A stretch of 64,000 bases of DNA from a virus. The notes under the pieces are model-generated. The model worked only from the letters and a program-made list of their open reading frames with translations. It did not search any database and was not told the DNA's origin. This document shows, one piece after another, positions 16,867 to 25,875 of the stretch; position 1 is the stretch's first letter; the number at the start of each line of letters is the position of its first letter. The stretch is from IMG/VR virus record IMGVR_UViG_3300044613_003178, one strand, 5' to 3'. The position numbers were made by a program, and so were the translations under genes.

Positions 16867-17292
16867 ATGAAGTTTAAATATCAAAAATTATTGACTGAAG
16901 AGATTGTAGTTAAACCATATTCTGTCCAAGCAATAGCAAGGAAGAGAAATATGTTAATGAACTCTCTTCAATTAAACGATCAAGAATTCACAAATTGGGT
17001 TCGTGATCGTCTTTACCGTGTTGCAGAACAAAATCAAACATCAATTAAAGATTTAAAAATTGATGTTGTTGCTGGTGGATTTAAAGTATGGGAAGATACT
17101 TTGAGACAAGGTGATAAAGATTTTGATCAATATAGAGATCAGTTTAATCAATATGTAAATAAATTTATGGGTGTTGCAGCAAAGATTCTTAGGTCTTCAA
17201 CAGATAACCCAGGTAAATTAAATCCATCTGCTGAAGATGTACCGCCGGTTTCGCCTAAAATGATGAAATTCCAAGCATCTGATAATGCTTAA
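16867..17292 (+). CDS. hypothetical protein
   Basis: Promoter TTGACT-N16-TAATAT 6 nt before ATG. Confidence 0.55.
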   Translation: MKFKYQKLLTEEIVVKPYSVQAIARKRNMLMNSLQLNDQEFTNWVRDRLYRVAEQNQTSIKDLKIDVVAGGFKVWEDTLRQGDKDFDQYRDQFNQYVNKFMGVAAKILRSSTDNPGKLNPSAEDVPPVSPKMMKFQASDNA

Positions 17293-17311
17293 TTTGTGAC
17301 GGAGACTTTTT

Positions 17312-17827
17312 ATGACACGAGATGTTCTACTTCTGAATGCTTCAGAGGAAGTAATATCAGTAATTGATTGGCAAAGAGCTATCAATTTACTGTTTAGTGG
17401 TAAAGCCACAAAACCATATAACTACAGTCACACATATTCAATTAAAACAACCAGTGGAACATTTGAACTTCCTGCTGCTATTATGTTAATTGAATATGTG
17501 AGAATTCCATTCCGCAAAGTAGGATTATCAAAAAAGAATATCATAAAAAGAGACAATGGTATTTGTCAATATTGTTCCTGTAAATTAAGTTCAAAAAATA
17601 GCACAGTTGACCATGTTTTACCAAAAAGCAGGGGCGGTGGTAATAGTTGGACTAATCTGGTTGCTTCCTGCCACCCCTGTAACCTTCGTAAAGGGAATAG
17701 AACCCCCTCTGAAGCGAATATGAAGTTACTGAAGCAACCACAAGCACCAGGCAAGGATGTCGTTCATATCGTTCTTCTAGACGAACATAAGAATAAACTT
17801 TGGGAGCGTTGGCTGGATTATAAATAA
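17312..17827 (+). CDS. HNH endonuclease
   Basis: RDNGICQYC...TVDHVLPKSRGGGNSWTNLVASCHPCNLRKG. Confidence 0.9.
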   Translation: MTRDVLLLNASEEVISVIDWQRAINLLFSGKATKPYNYSHTYSIKTTSGTFELPAAIMLIEYVRIPFRKVGLSKKNIIKRDNGICQYCSCKLSSKNSTVDHVLPKSRGGGNSWTNLVASCHPCNLRKGNRTPSEANMKLLKQPQAPGKDVVHIVLLDEHKNKLWERWLDYK

Positions 17828-17862
17828 CTTTATCTCGGACAATTAACAAATTGAGGTAAAGA

Positions 17863-18138
17863 ATGCCAATTAGAACAAGCAATCCCCCTAGTTATGATAA
17901 AATATTTGCAATTAAGGTAGCAGGTACTGACACCATTGCTGAAGATGCAACCATCCCTGCCCATAGAGGATTATTAGTAGTTGCAACTGCAAATAATAGC
18001 ACATTCACATTTACAAATTTAGATGGAACCACTGCTGCAATGCAATTTACAACTGGTTCAATAGTTTTACCATTACAAATTAAATCATATTCATATACTG
18101 GTACACAAACTACAGTTTCAATTTATGGATTATATTGA
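17863..18138 (+). CDS. small beta-rich late protein
   Basis: Late promoter at 17819; likely paralog of next ORF. Confidence 0.55.
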   Translation: MPIRTSNPPSYDKIFAIKVAGTDTIAEDATIPAHRGLLVVATANNSTFTFTNLDGTTAAMQFTTGSIVLPLQIKSYSYTGTQTTVSIYGLY

Positions 18139-18141
18139 TTT

Positions 18142-18450
18142 ATGGGAATTAGAACATCAAATATTTCAAGCACTGGTTTTTGTGAAAAAATCATAGATGG
18201 TAGTTACTGTAAAGTAATCAAAAGCGGTACTTTATTAACTATTTCTTATGTTAGATCAAAAAATTCTACTGGAAATGAATTAGATTATAACATTATTACA
18301 TTTACAAATCCAGACAATACCACATGTGAATTAAAACTACCAACATCATTTTCAACAGTTGGAACTGACACATGGATAACTTTTAATTTGCCTTTAAATT
18401 ATAAATCATTTACTTTTGCATCTGCAACAGATCCAGGAGTAGCACCATAA
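18142..18450 (+). CDS. small beta-rich late protein (likely paralog of previous)
   Basis: MGIRTSN...TFTNPDNTT...LPLNYKS vs MPIRTSN...TFTNLDGTT...LPLQIKS. Confidence 0.55.
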   Translation: MGIRTSNISSTGFCEKIIDGSYCKVIKSGTLLTISYVRSKNSTGNELDYNIITFTNPDNTTCELKLPTSFSTVGTDTWITFNLPLNYKSFTFASATDPGVAP

Positions 18451-18451
18451 T

Positions 18452-19768
18452 ATGAAACAAAAATTTTTACAACTTTTGAAAGAAGCAGCAGGTGGAAAAA
18501 ATATCCACATGGAACATCTCGAAGATTCAATCTTCGATCATGGCAGAAAAGGATTTAAAACTGCTCTAGATTATCTTCATGGACTTTCTCATGGAATGAC
18601 TGGCAAAGGTGGTAAAGATTTCTTTGTAACAACAAAGTATGATGGTGCTCCAGCAGTTGTATTTGGTAGACATCCAGAGACAGGAATGTTCTTTGTCGCT
18701 ACTAAAGGTGCATTCAATGTTACTCCAAAAGTAAACTATAGCATAGATGATGTTGAGGATAATTATCCAGATAGTCCTCAACTACAAGCAAAACTAAAAG
18801 CAGCACTTGAACATCTTCCAAAATTGGGAGAGATGAAGGGTGTTTATCAGGGTGATTTAATGTTCACACCAGAAGATCTTCAAATGAGAAAGATCGGAAA
18901 TAAAGAACATGTAACATTCAGACCAAATACAATTACATATTCTTCTCCATTAGATTCTGATGAATCAAAGAAAATAATGGGTTCAAAACTAGGAATAGTT
19001 GTTCACACTGGATATGAGGGAGATTCTCTTGCAAACATGAAGGCAAGATTTGATCCAGACCTATCACATTTTAAAGGACATCCAGATGTTTACTTTAAAA
19101 ATGCAAGAATGCATGATGAAGAGGACGGTACTGATATGTCAGAAAAAGACCATTTCAGAACTCTTCAACATTTAGCAGGAGCAATGCAACATCTAGAAAC
19201 TTCTGGTGAGTTGATGGATCATGTTTCATCAAGTCCAGAGTACGCTGCTCATTTGAAGACATATACAAATTATAATGTAAGAAATGGTATACCAAAAGGA
19301 TCTGCAAAAGGATTTCATACTTATCTTCGAACAAGATTCGAAGCAGAGCGTGCAAAGATGAAGTCTGAAAAAGGCAGAGCAAGACACGAACAACAATCAA
19401 AACCAGTTCTTCAACATGTTGCAGATAATGCAGAAGCATATGATTCATTATTCGATGCACATTCTGCTTTAGGAAAGGCAAAACTTCACCTTGTGGACAA
19501 ATTCAGAAGAGCAAAAGGTCTAGGTACACATCTAGAAGATGCAGATACTGGTGAATTACGACCAACCCATCCTGAAGGCTATGTTGCAGTAAGAAAGAAG
19601 TCAGGAGTTGGTTATAAAATGGTAGATAGAGAAGACTTCTCAAGAGCAAACTTTACTCTACCAAAGAAGTGGGATACAAAAAAGAAAGAACAAGAACCAC
19701 AAGAAACCGTTTCTGAATCATTTATACAAAAATTAAACAGAATAAATAGATCTGGAGGTATTTTATGA
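18452..19768 (+). CDS. DUF6267-like protein with ligase-type covalent nucleotidyltransferase motifs
   Basis: KNIHMEHLED, KYDG (motif I), YQGDLMF, HPEGYV, KMVDR; N-terminus MKQKFLQLLKE. Confidence 0.75.
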   Translation: MKQKFLQLLKEAAGGKNIHMEHLEDSIFDHGRKGFKTALDYLHGLSHGMTGKGGKDFFVTTKYDGAPAVVFGRHPETGMFFVATKGAFNVTPKVNYSIDDVEDNYPDSPQLQAKLKAALEHLPKLGEMKGVYQGDLMFTPEDLQMRKIGNKEHVTFRPNTITYSSPLDSDESKKIMGSKLGIVVHTGYEGDSLANMKARFDPDLSHFKGHPDVYFKNARMHDEEDGTDMSEKDHFRTLQHLAGAMQHLETSGELMDHVSSSPEYAAHLKTYTNYNVRNGIPKGSAKGFHTYLRTRFEAERAKMKSEKGRARHEQQSKPVLQHVADNAEAYDSLFDAHSALGKAKLHLVDKFRRAKGLGTHLEDADTGELRPTHPEGYVAVRKKSGVGYKMVDREDFSRANFTLPKKWDTKKKEQEPQETVSESFIQKLNRINRSGGIL

Positions 19769-19848
19769 CAACCCGTAGAGAAATTAGAAATTCAGAATCA
19801 AAGAAAAAAGAAAAAGGCTGCGGCTGTGGAAAAGGAAAAGGAAAATGA
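19765..19848 (+). CDS. 27-aa basic GCGCG micropeptide
   Basis: Hand-translated; ATGA overlaps on both sides. Confidence 0.4.
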   Translation: MTTRREIRNSESKKKEKGCGCGKGKGK

Positions 19849-20183
19849 ACAAATCATTATTAATGACTCAATATAAAGAATTATATGGTGGCTTTTACAT
19901 TAGAAATAATGGAAGATGGTATTGGAAAGCAAATCAGGAGACACAAGAGGTAGGACCAATTAGTGGCTTTTGGTTAAGAGAAAAGATTAATGAAGCAAAA
20001 AACAAACCAATCAAGACCATAGAATTTGCTAAAATAGAAGAACCAAAGGTTGAAGAAGTTAAGGTAGAAGAACCAAAGGTAGAAAAACCAAAGAAACCAT
20101 CTTCAAAAAAACCAGTTCACAAGAAAACAACTACAGAAACAACTGTAGAAGTTTCAGAAGAAAACAAAGAGGAAATAAACTAA
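19845..20183 (+). CDS. hypothetical with K/E/P-rich tail
   Basis: ORF in operon. Confidence 0.55.
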   Translation: MNKSLLMTQYKELYGGFYIRNNGRWYWKANQETQEVGPISGFWLREKINEAKNKPIKTIEFAKIEEPKVEEVKVEEPKVEKPKKPSSKKPVHKKTTTETTVEVSEENKEEIN

Positions 20184-21296
20184 ATGAAAAAATTCAAGGA
20201 ATACATTTCTGAAGCAAAAAATAGGAATGATTCCGTAGTTTTTTCTTTTGGTAGAAACCAACCACCAACGGCAGGTCATGGTCACATTGTCCAACATGTG
20301 ATGGACACTGCTGCACAGAGTGGTGCACATCATGTTGTTTACACTTCTGGAAGCGGTCCTACACATAAAGTAAAAGCAGTAAGAGAAAAGAATCCTCTTC
20401 ATCCACATGAAAAAGTGGAAACCATGAAAGCATTCTTCCCCGGTGCAAATATTCAACATCATGAAAAGGTTGTAAGTCCTTTCCATGCAATTGAACATTT
20501 AAAGGATAAAGGTTATAAACATGTAAAGATGGTCGTCGGTGCAGACAGAGTTGCTGACTTCAAAGAAAGAATGGCACCTTATGCAAAACACTTCAAATCA
20601 TTTGAAGTTGTATCTCCGGGTGCTGAAAGAATGTCGGTAAAGGGTAGAGAAGTAAGTGGAACTGCTGCTAGAAAACATGCTACTGCTGGTGATTACAAAT
20701 CATTCAGAGCAATCATGCCAGAGAAAGCACCAGAGGATGCAGTAAAGAATCTTTACAACAGACTTCGTACTCCAGTAAAAGCACCAGCAAAGAAGACAAA
20801 GAAGAAACTTGTCGAGATGATTTTAAACTATATTGCAGAGGCAAGACCAAGAACTGCAAAAGAAAAAACAAGAGAATATTATTCAAAAGAATACAGAGAA
20901 CATCAATCATCACCAAAAGCAATCAAAGAGCGTGGTGAGAGATGGACTGCAAGAAGAAGAGCAGCAGTTCGTGCAGCAAAAAGAAAACTAGGTTCAAAGG
21001 CTGCAAATAAAACAAGAGATCAATTGATCAAGATTGGTCAAGGACTTTTGAAAGGTAAGGATGTAGACCATAAGAAACCATTATCAAAGGGTGGTTCAAA
21101 TGGTAATGGCAATGTGAGAGTTGTTTCTAGATCTTACAATAGAAGCAGAAATAACAATATAAAAGAAGCAGATGAAGGTGCAACAAAGTATCTTGAACCA
21201 AGATTACTTAAAAAAGATAAAGCATCAAGACCAAATCCAGAACCAATCACACAGAAAAAATCATTACCAGGAATCCCTCCACTACCAAAGGTATAA
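20184..21296 (+). CDS. cytidylyltransferase-like (HIGH superfamily) nucleotidyltransferase fused to a basic HNH-like domain
   Basis: FGRNQPPTAGH, NPL, VVGADRV, VSGTAAR; C-terminal DVDHKKPLSKGGSN...N. Confidence 0.8.
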   Translation: MKKFKEYISEAKNRNDSVVFSFGRNQPPTAGHGHIVQHVMDTAAQSGAHHVVYTSGSGPTHKVKAVREKNPLHPHEKVETMKAFFPGANIQHHEKVVSPFHAIEHLKDKGYKHVKMVVGADRVADFKERMAPYAKHFKSFEVVSPGAERMSVKGREVSGTAARKHATAGDYKSFRAIMPEKAPEDAVKNLYNRLRTPVKAPAKKTKKKLVEMILNYIAEARPRTAKEKTREYYSKEYREHQSSPKAIKERGERWTARRRAAVRAAKRKLGSKAANKTRDQLIKIGQGLLKGKDVDHKKPLSKGGSNGNGNVRVVSRSYNRSRNNNIKEADEGATKYLEPRLLKKDKASRPNPEPITQKKSLPGIPPLPKV

Positions 21297-21299
21297 CCC

Positions 21300-21779
21300 A
21301 TGAAGAATTATTTTGATTTCCTAAAAGAGAGCACAAAGGCAACAATTCGCAGACACAAGGCTGGTGTTCTAACTCCTGAGCAAAGATCAAAGTTTATCAA
21401 AAGGCAAGAAGGTAAGATTGCAAAGATAGATCAAGAGGGAAGATTATCTGCTCGTGCTTCTCAGATTAGAGACACAATCAAAGCAGTTACAGAATCAAAA
21501 GAAGATATGCCATGCAATAAACCAAGAGCATCAACATCTGCTGGTAAGAAGATGATGGTAAAGGCATGTGAAGGCGGTCAAGAAAAGATCGTTCACTTTG
21601 GTGCAAAGGGATATGGACACAATTATTCACCAGCAGCAAGAAAGTCATTCAGAGCTCGTCACAAGTGCGGTGAGAAAAAGAGCAAATTAGGTGCTCAATA
21701 TTGGGCATGTAGAAAATTATGGGCAGGTCCGAAAGGTTCTAAAAAGTCATGCCCTCCTGGGAGAAAGTGTAAGTATTGA
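21300..21779 (+). CDS. basic hypothetical (VHFG...RKSFRARH...YWA family)
   Basis: Recognisable motif family recalled from large DNA viruses. Confidence 0.6.
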   Translation: MKNYFDFLKESTKATIRRHKAGVLTPEQRSKFIKRQEGKIAKIDQEGRLSARASQIRDTIKAVTESKEDMPCNKPRASTSAGKKMMVKACEGGQEKIVHFGAKGYGHNYSPAARKSFRARHKCGEKKSKLGAQYWACRKLWAGPKGSKKSCPPGRKCKY

Positions 21780-21874
21780 TGAAGTACAAGGATCTTAAGA
21801 GAATTAAGAATACATACCTTAAACCGAAAGAAGATAAGAAAAAAGATACTAAAAAACCAAAAAAGTAGTTTATT

Positions 21875-22252
21875 ATGAAATTTGATACTTTAGATGATGA
21901 CAATTATATGATGTTTGCTATGAAGGTTTATAACAATCCTCAATGCAAGAACATATCCGAGTTCCAAGAGGATATGAATCGTATTAAATATTTAAAACGA
22001 TTATTTAGAAAATACAAGTCATCTGGACAGTTGAGAGAACGACTAATTCTCAATCATATTATTATTTTTTACAATGTTTTTGATATTATTTCAGCCACAA
22101 GGTTGCTTTTTAGCAGAATAGAGAAGGATTTACATCCTTATTTGAAAACTTTCATCGTTTTCCTAAATACTTTGCCAGACAGTATACCAGAGGCGGATCT
22201 TATAAATATTCCATTGGACAGAAGAATAATAAATAAATTGAGAGAAATATGA
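21875..22252 (+). CDS. conserved T4-like hypothetical (YNNPQC...ERLILNH)
   Basis: Motif typical of cyanophage-type T4-likes. Confidence 0.7.
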   Translation: MKFDTLDDDNYMMFAMKVYNNPQCKNISEFQEDMNRIKYLKRLFRKYKSSGQLRERLILNHIIIFYNVFDIISATRLLFSRIEKDLHPYLKTFIVFLNTLPDSIPEADLINIPLDRRIINKLREI

Positions 22253-22728
22253 GAATTAGTAAGTTAAAAGAAAGTTTAGATCGCTGGTTCAAAGAGAAGT
22301 GGACAGCACAGGATGGAAGCGAATGCGGTTCCTATAAGGGTCGTGGTCGTGTGAAGTGCCGTCCTGCTCGTAGAGTCTCAAGTAAGACCCCTCAAACATG
22401 GGGCGAGATGTCAGATAAACAAAAGAAAAAGGCAGTGCGTCTAAAACAAAAAGCACATAAAAAAGGTCAACAGTTTAGCAGTCACAAAACTGGTAAAACT
22501 TGGAGTGCTAAAAAGAGCAAATATAGACCAGGAAATCAAAAGGGATTGAAAGAAAACTACACAAATGCTCTATCAAACTTTATTTGTGAAAAATGGAATC
22601 CCAGAAATAAAGAAGCACATGCTGCATGTAAAGCAAGTGTTAAATCAAGATTCAAAGTTTGGCCATCTGCATATGCTTCAGCAGCAGTAGTTAAGTGCTA
22701 TAAAAAGAAAGTAGGAAGTGGGGAATGA
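22249..22728 (+). CDS. basic two-domain hypothetical (LDRWFKEKW...KTP; KVWPSAYAS)
   Basis: Recalled motif families; internal LKE/ICE junction. Confidence 0.6.
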   Translation: MRISKLKESLDRWFKEKWTAQDGSECGSYKGRGRVKCRPARRVSSKTPQTWGEMSDKQKKKAVRLKQKAHKKGQQFSSHKTGKTWSAKKSKYRPGNQKGLKENYTNALSNFICEKWNPRNKEAHAACKASVKSRFKVWPSAYASAAVVKCYKKKVGSGE

Positions 22729-23267
22729 AAATTCCAAAGCAAATAAAAGCAGATCAGGAAATGATGGACATGGAGCAAAACAAGGGTGCTCTTGTTTTAC
22801 CACGAAAATTTTATAATCTACTTTTATTAGCAGGTGAGAATGCACAAAAAGCACAATATACAATGTTTAATCTCAGATATCCATTCCTGAGAAGTGCAAA
22901 TTCAAGAATTCGTAGAGAGTTGCTTACACTATTGACAAATTTAATTAATATTTGTACAACAGATTCAATTCTCTATCAAAGACTTCGTTCATTGGCTATG
23001 AGTCGTAATTTAAAGACAGTAAGTGAAAGTTATGAATCAGAGTTACAAAATAAAGCATTCGCAGTATTGTCTGCACTTCTTCAAAGGATTGAGGAAGAAG
23101 TACAAGGTGTAACTGGAACTCAATTGTCTTCTGCTTCGGCTGCAATGGGACCAGGAACTACAACAGGTATTGATGCATATGTCCCTTTAATGACAAAGAA
23201 TGTTATTAGAAGATTTCCAGTTTCTAAAGTAGTTAAACAATTAAGTAAGAGAAGAAAGAAAGGATAA
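22725..23267 (+). CDS. hypothetical protein
   Basis: ORF in operon. Confidence 0.55.
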   Translation: MKIPKQIKADQEMMDMEQNKGALVLPRKFYNLLLLAGENAQKAQYTMFNLRYPFLRSANSRIRRELLTLLTNLINICTTDSILYQRLRSLAMSRNLKTVSESYESELQNKAFAVLSALLQRIEEEVQGVTGTQLSSASAAMGPGTTTGIDAYVPLMTKNVIRRFPVSKVVKQLSKRRKKG

Positions 23268-23270
23268 GTT

Positions 23271-23708
23271 ATGATACCTACAGAATTAATTTCGTTAGTG
23301 GGTGGTTCTGCAACGGGATTCCTATTCCGTTACATGGCACAAAAGTCGCAAGACCAAAAGGAAATGTTCCAACAGCTTATGCAAGCAAATAAGCAAACCA
23401 CCGAAAATCAAAATCAAGCAGCACAAAGAGTTCCGCTAGATGTTGGTCGTGGTGTTCGTCAACTAATAGTCCTATCAGTCCTATTTGCGACATTCCTAGC
23501 ACCATTCGTTTTACCATTCTTTGGTGTTCCAACATTCGTTGAAGTAGATGCAAAGACTCCTGAAGGACTCTTTGGTTTATTCCCCGAAACTACCAAGAAG
23601 TTCTTTGTTGAAGTAAACGGTTATTTGTTTACCAGCGAGAATCGTCAAATCCTATTAAGCATCATTGGATTCTACTTCGGATCTGCTGCTGCTTCTAACA
23701 AGTCATAA
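23271..23708 (+). CDS. multi-TM membrane protein, possible holin
   Basis: Three hydrophobic segments, C-terminal IIGFYFGS as in 3TM phage holins. Confidence 0.55.
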   Translation: MIPTELISLVGGSATGFLFRYMAQKSQDQKEMFQQLMQANKQTTENQNQAAQRVPLDVGRGVRQLIVLSVLFATFLAPFVLPFFGVPTFVEVDAKTPEGLFGLFPETTKKFFVEVNGYLFTSENRQILLSIIGFYFGSAAASNKS

Positions 23709-23718
23709 GGAGTAACCA

Positions 23719-24036
23719 ATGAAATACTTAACAGCATTATCATTAGCACTATTAGCAGGATGCAGTACTGCTCCAAGTATTGTTCCAGATAGTACTTCAG
23801 AAAGCGTAATCCTTAAAAAGATTAATCACGAAATTGCAAACGGATCCTCATTCCAAACAGGTTGGCAATGGATACTGTGGTATCTCCCAATAGTATTCTT
23901 AGTTGGTACTTGGGGTTGGAAGCAATGGATCAGAAATTGCACAGAATCAGAAGAAGAACTTGCTGAATTGAAGGCAAAAGTAGAGGAGATGGAAAAGGCT
24001 AATAAGCCTCAAGATCCTCAGTTACCTAACGGATAA
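23719..24036 (+). CDS. lipoprotein with downstream TM helix
   Basis: Lipobox LAGC (Cys15); WQWILWYLPIVFLVGTWGW TM. Confidence 0.65.
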   Translation: MKYLTALSLALLAGCSTAPSIVPDSTSESVILKKINHEIANGSSFQTGWQWILWYLPIVFLVGTWGWKQWIRNCTESEEELAELKAKVEEMEKANKPQDPQLPNG

Positions 24037-24578
24037 GTTAGAGTATCAAACAACTTCTTACAAATGAAATACGAGTCCACGATGTCTGACACTGGACTCG
24101 TAATTTCTTTTTTATCCGGAGTTAAAGTCAATCTTAAAGGTGAACCAGTATCCTGAACAAATGAATCATACATCATTTGTTTGTCTGCATTTCCTTTGCC
24201 AGTTGCATACTTCTTTATTTCAGTTGGTGGGATGATTGTAAGAGGTAATCCCATTTCATATATCTTATATTTTAATAATCCAGTATTTTCTGCTATATGA
24301 AATACTCTACCACTTGCTGAATATGCATAACCTTCTAATGCAACATGTGAGCATCCCATAACAATCTCTAATGCCCAATCTGCTATTGTTTTGTATCTCT
24401 CTTGTTCAGAGTTCCAATCCATAAATCGTTCACCAAATATGTTTCCACTAAATGTGTCAGCATATTTTTTAATATCTGTCAGATAATAAAATGAACATTT
24501 GTTATATGAAAAAGTATCGCCATCGAAAACACAGATGGCGGGACCACAAAGTGAGTAATCTATTCCTGCTATTACCAT
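24018..24578 (-). CDS. RuvC-like Holliday junction resolvase
   Basis: IAGIDYS, ALEGYAY, KKYATGKGNADK, DIVDS. Confidence 0.85.
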   Translation of the reverse strand: MVIAGIDYSLCGPAICVFDGDTFSYNKCSFYYLTDIKKYADTFSGNIFGERFMDWNSEQERYKTIADWALEIVMGCSHVALEGYAYSASGRVFHIAENTGLLKYKIYEMGLPLTIIPPTEIKKYATGKGNADKQMMYDSFVQDTGSPLRLTLTPDKKEITSPVSDIVDSYFICKKLFDTLTYPLGN

Positions 24579-24589
24579 GTAAGTATTTA

Positions 24590-24670
24590 TCAGAATCCTA
24601 ATAGTCTAGCCAGAAGGATACCGATACAAAATGAACATGCACATACTAAAATTTTTTGTAATCTGTTCAT
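24590..24670 (-). CDS. 26-aa hydrophobic micropeptide
   Basis: Hand-translated MNRLQKILVCACSFCIGILLARLLGF; ATGA coupling. Confidence 0.4.
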   Translation of the reverse strand: MNRLQKILVCACSFCIGILLARLLGF

Positions 24671-25425
24671 TTGTGCTCCTCAATAGTTTCCTTTATCCAT
24701 TCTTCGTGATAGAAAAGAGGAGTAGCAGACATTTCAGTAATAGTTAAATCATGTAATCTAAAGGATGAAATTAAACCACACAATTTACCAGTATTCTCAA
24801 ATACTGCTCCACCAGAATCACCAAACCAAACATGTGCTCCTTTTGTGGAGTTAAATTTAAATTCAAATGGATCTTCTAACACTACACCAAAATAATAAAA
24901 GGAGCCAGGATTGCTTTTCTTTTTGGTACAGTGTGAAAATCCTATTGTTGTTAACTCTTCGTAACGAGTTAAATCTGTTTTATTGTAAGTAATTTCTGGT
25001 AATTCTGTAATACAAGTCTTTTCTTGTAATATCAAAATACCAATATCATTTACAATTATTTCACCCAATTTATATTTTGGATGTAGTATTTGTTCTTTTA
25101 TTACATAGTCGGTTTCACCAACTCTGAAATACATCAGATTATTTCCGTCTATGCAATGTCCCGCAGTGAGTACAATAGTCTCAGTTATCTGAACTGCACT
25201 GCCCACCATAACATGATCTTTATCATATACTTGCCCCACGCAGCGATAGGGATCTTGACCCTCTTCTATTACGGTGAACCCTTCATACTCCTTTGGTTCT
25301 TTTGGAGGTGTCAGAATGTCTACTATCGGTGGTGGGGGGGTTTCCTGTTTATCGACACCGATATTGTTGCAAGATGAACTTGTCGCAAGGATCAGACTCA
25401 AGACTGTGAGTAGTCTGCCTTTCAC
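24667..25425 (-). CDS. exported trypsin-like serine protease (S1)
   Basis: Triad motifs LTAGHC, NDIG, GDSGG; signal/lipobox-like LILATSSSC; probable GTG start after late promoter. Confidence 0.85.
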   Translation of the reverse strand: MKGRLLTVLSLILATSSSCNNIGVDKQETPPPPIVDILTPPKEPKEYEGFTVIEEGQDPYRCVGQVYDKDHVMVGSAVQITETIVLTAGHCIDGNNLMYFRVGETDYVIKEQILHPKYKLGEIIVNDIGILILQEKTCITELPEITYNKTDLTRYEELTTIGFSHCTKKKSNPGSFYYFGVVLEDPFEFKFNSTKGAHVWFGDSGGAVFENTGKLCGLISSFRLHDLTITEMSATPLFYHEEWIKETIEEHK

Positions 25426-25460
25426 ATAATTATTTATCACACTTTTAGAAATAAAAATTA

Positions 25461-25490
25461 AAAAAAAATCCAGTCCCGAAGGACTGGATT
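25461..25490 (-). terminator. intrinsic terminator with C(UUCG)G tetraloop
   Basis: Minus strand AATCCAGTCC-ttcg-GGACTGGATT plus U-tract. Confidence 0.85.
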
Positions 25491-25512
25491 GAAATTCCCC
25501 GTTTACGGGTGT

Positions 25513-25875
25513 TTAGTTACAAGGCTTGGGTGGACAAGGCTTATTACAGGGTTGCTGAACCACGACAGGTTGCACATAGCATGGTGCTACAGTGTAAGGT
25601 GTGCATGGTTGAGCGATAGGAAGAACTTGTGGAACCGGAGCAGCATACATGGAACTCGTATAATAGAATGGATACCATCCACCCACAGGGGCAACTACAC
25701 CACCATAGTAGCCACCATAATACCCAGTGCCAGCATAAGCATATCCTCCACCATAGTAACCACCAGTTGAAACTGCAACACCTCCCCAACCACCTCCTAC
25801 TGCTACAGCGACTTGAGCAGGTGCAATTGCGGTCAGACAGAAAGTTACGATTAGTGCGAGAATGTTCTTAAGCAT
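25513..25875 (-). CDS. secreted Gly/Tyr/Pro-rich small protein
   Basis: Signal peptide ending APA-Q; GGYYGG repeats; own promoter (25895-25922) and RBS AAGGAG. Confidence 0.65.
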   Translation of the reverse strand: MLKNILALIVTFCLTAIAPAQVAVAVGGGWGGVAVSTGGYYGGGYAYAGTGYYGGYYGGVVAPVGGWYPFYYTSSMYAAPVPQVLPIAQPCTPYTVAPCYVQPVVVQQPCNKPCPPKPCN

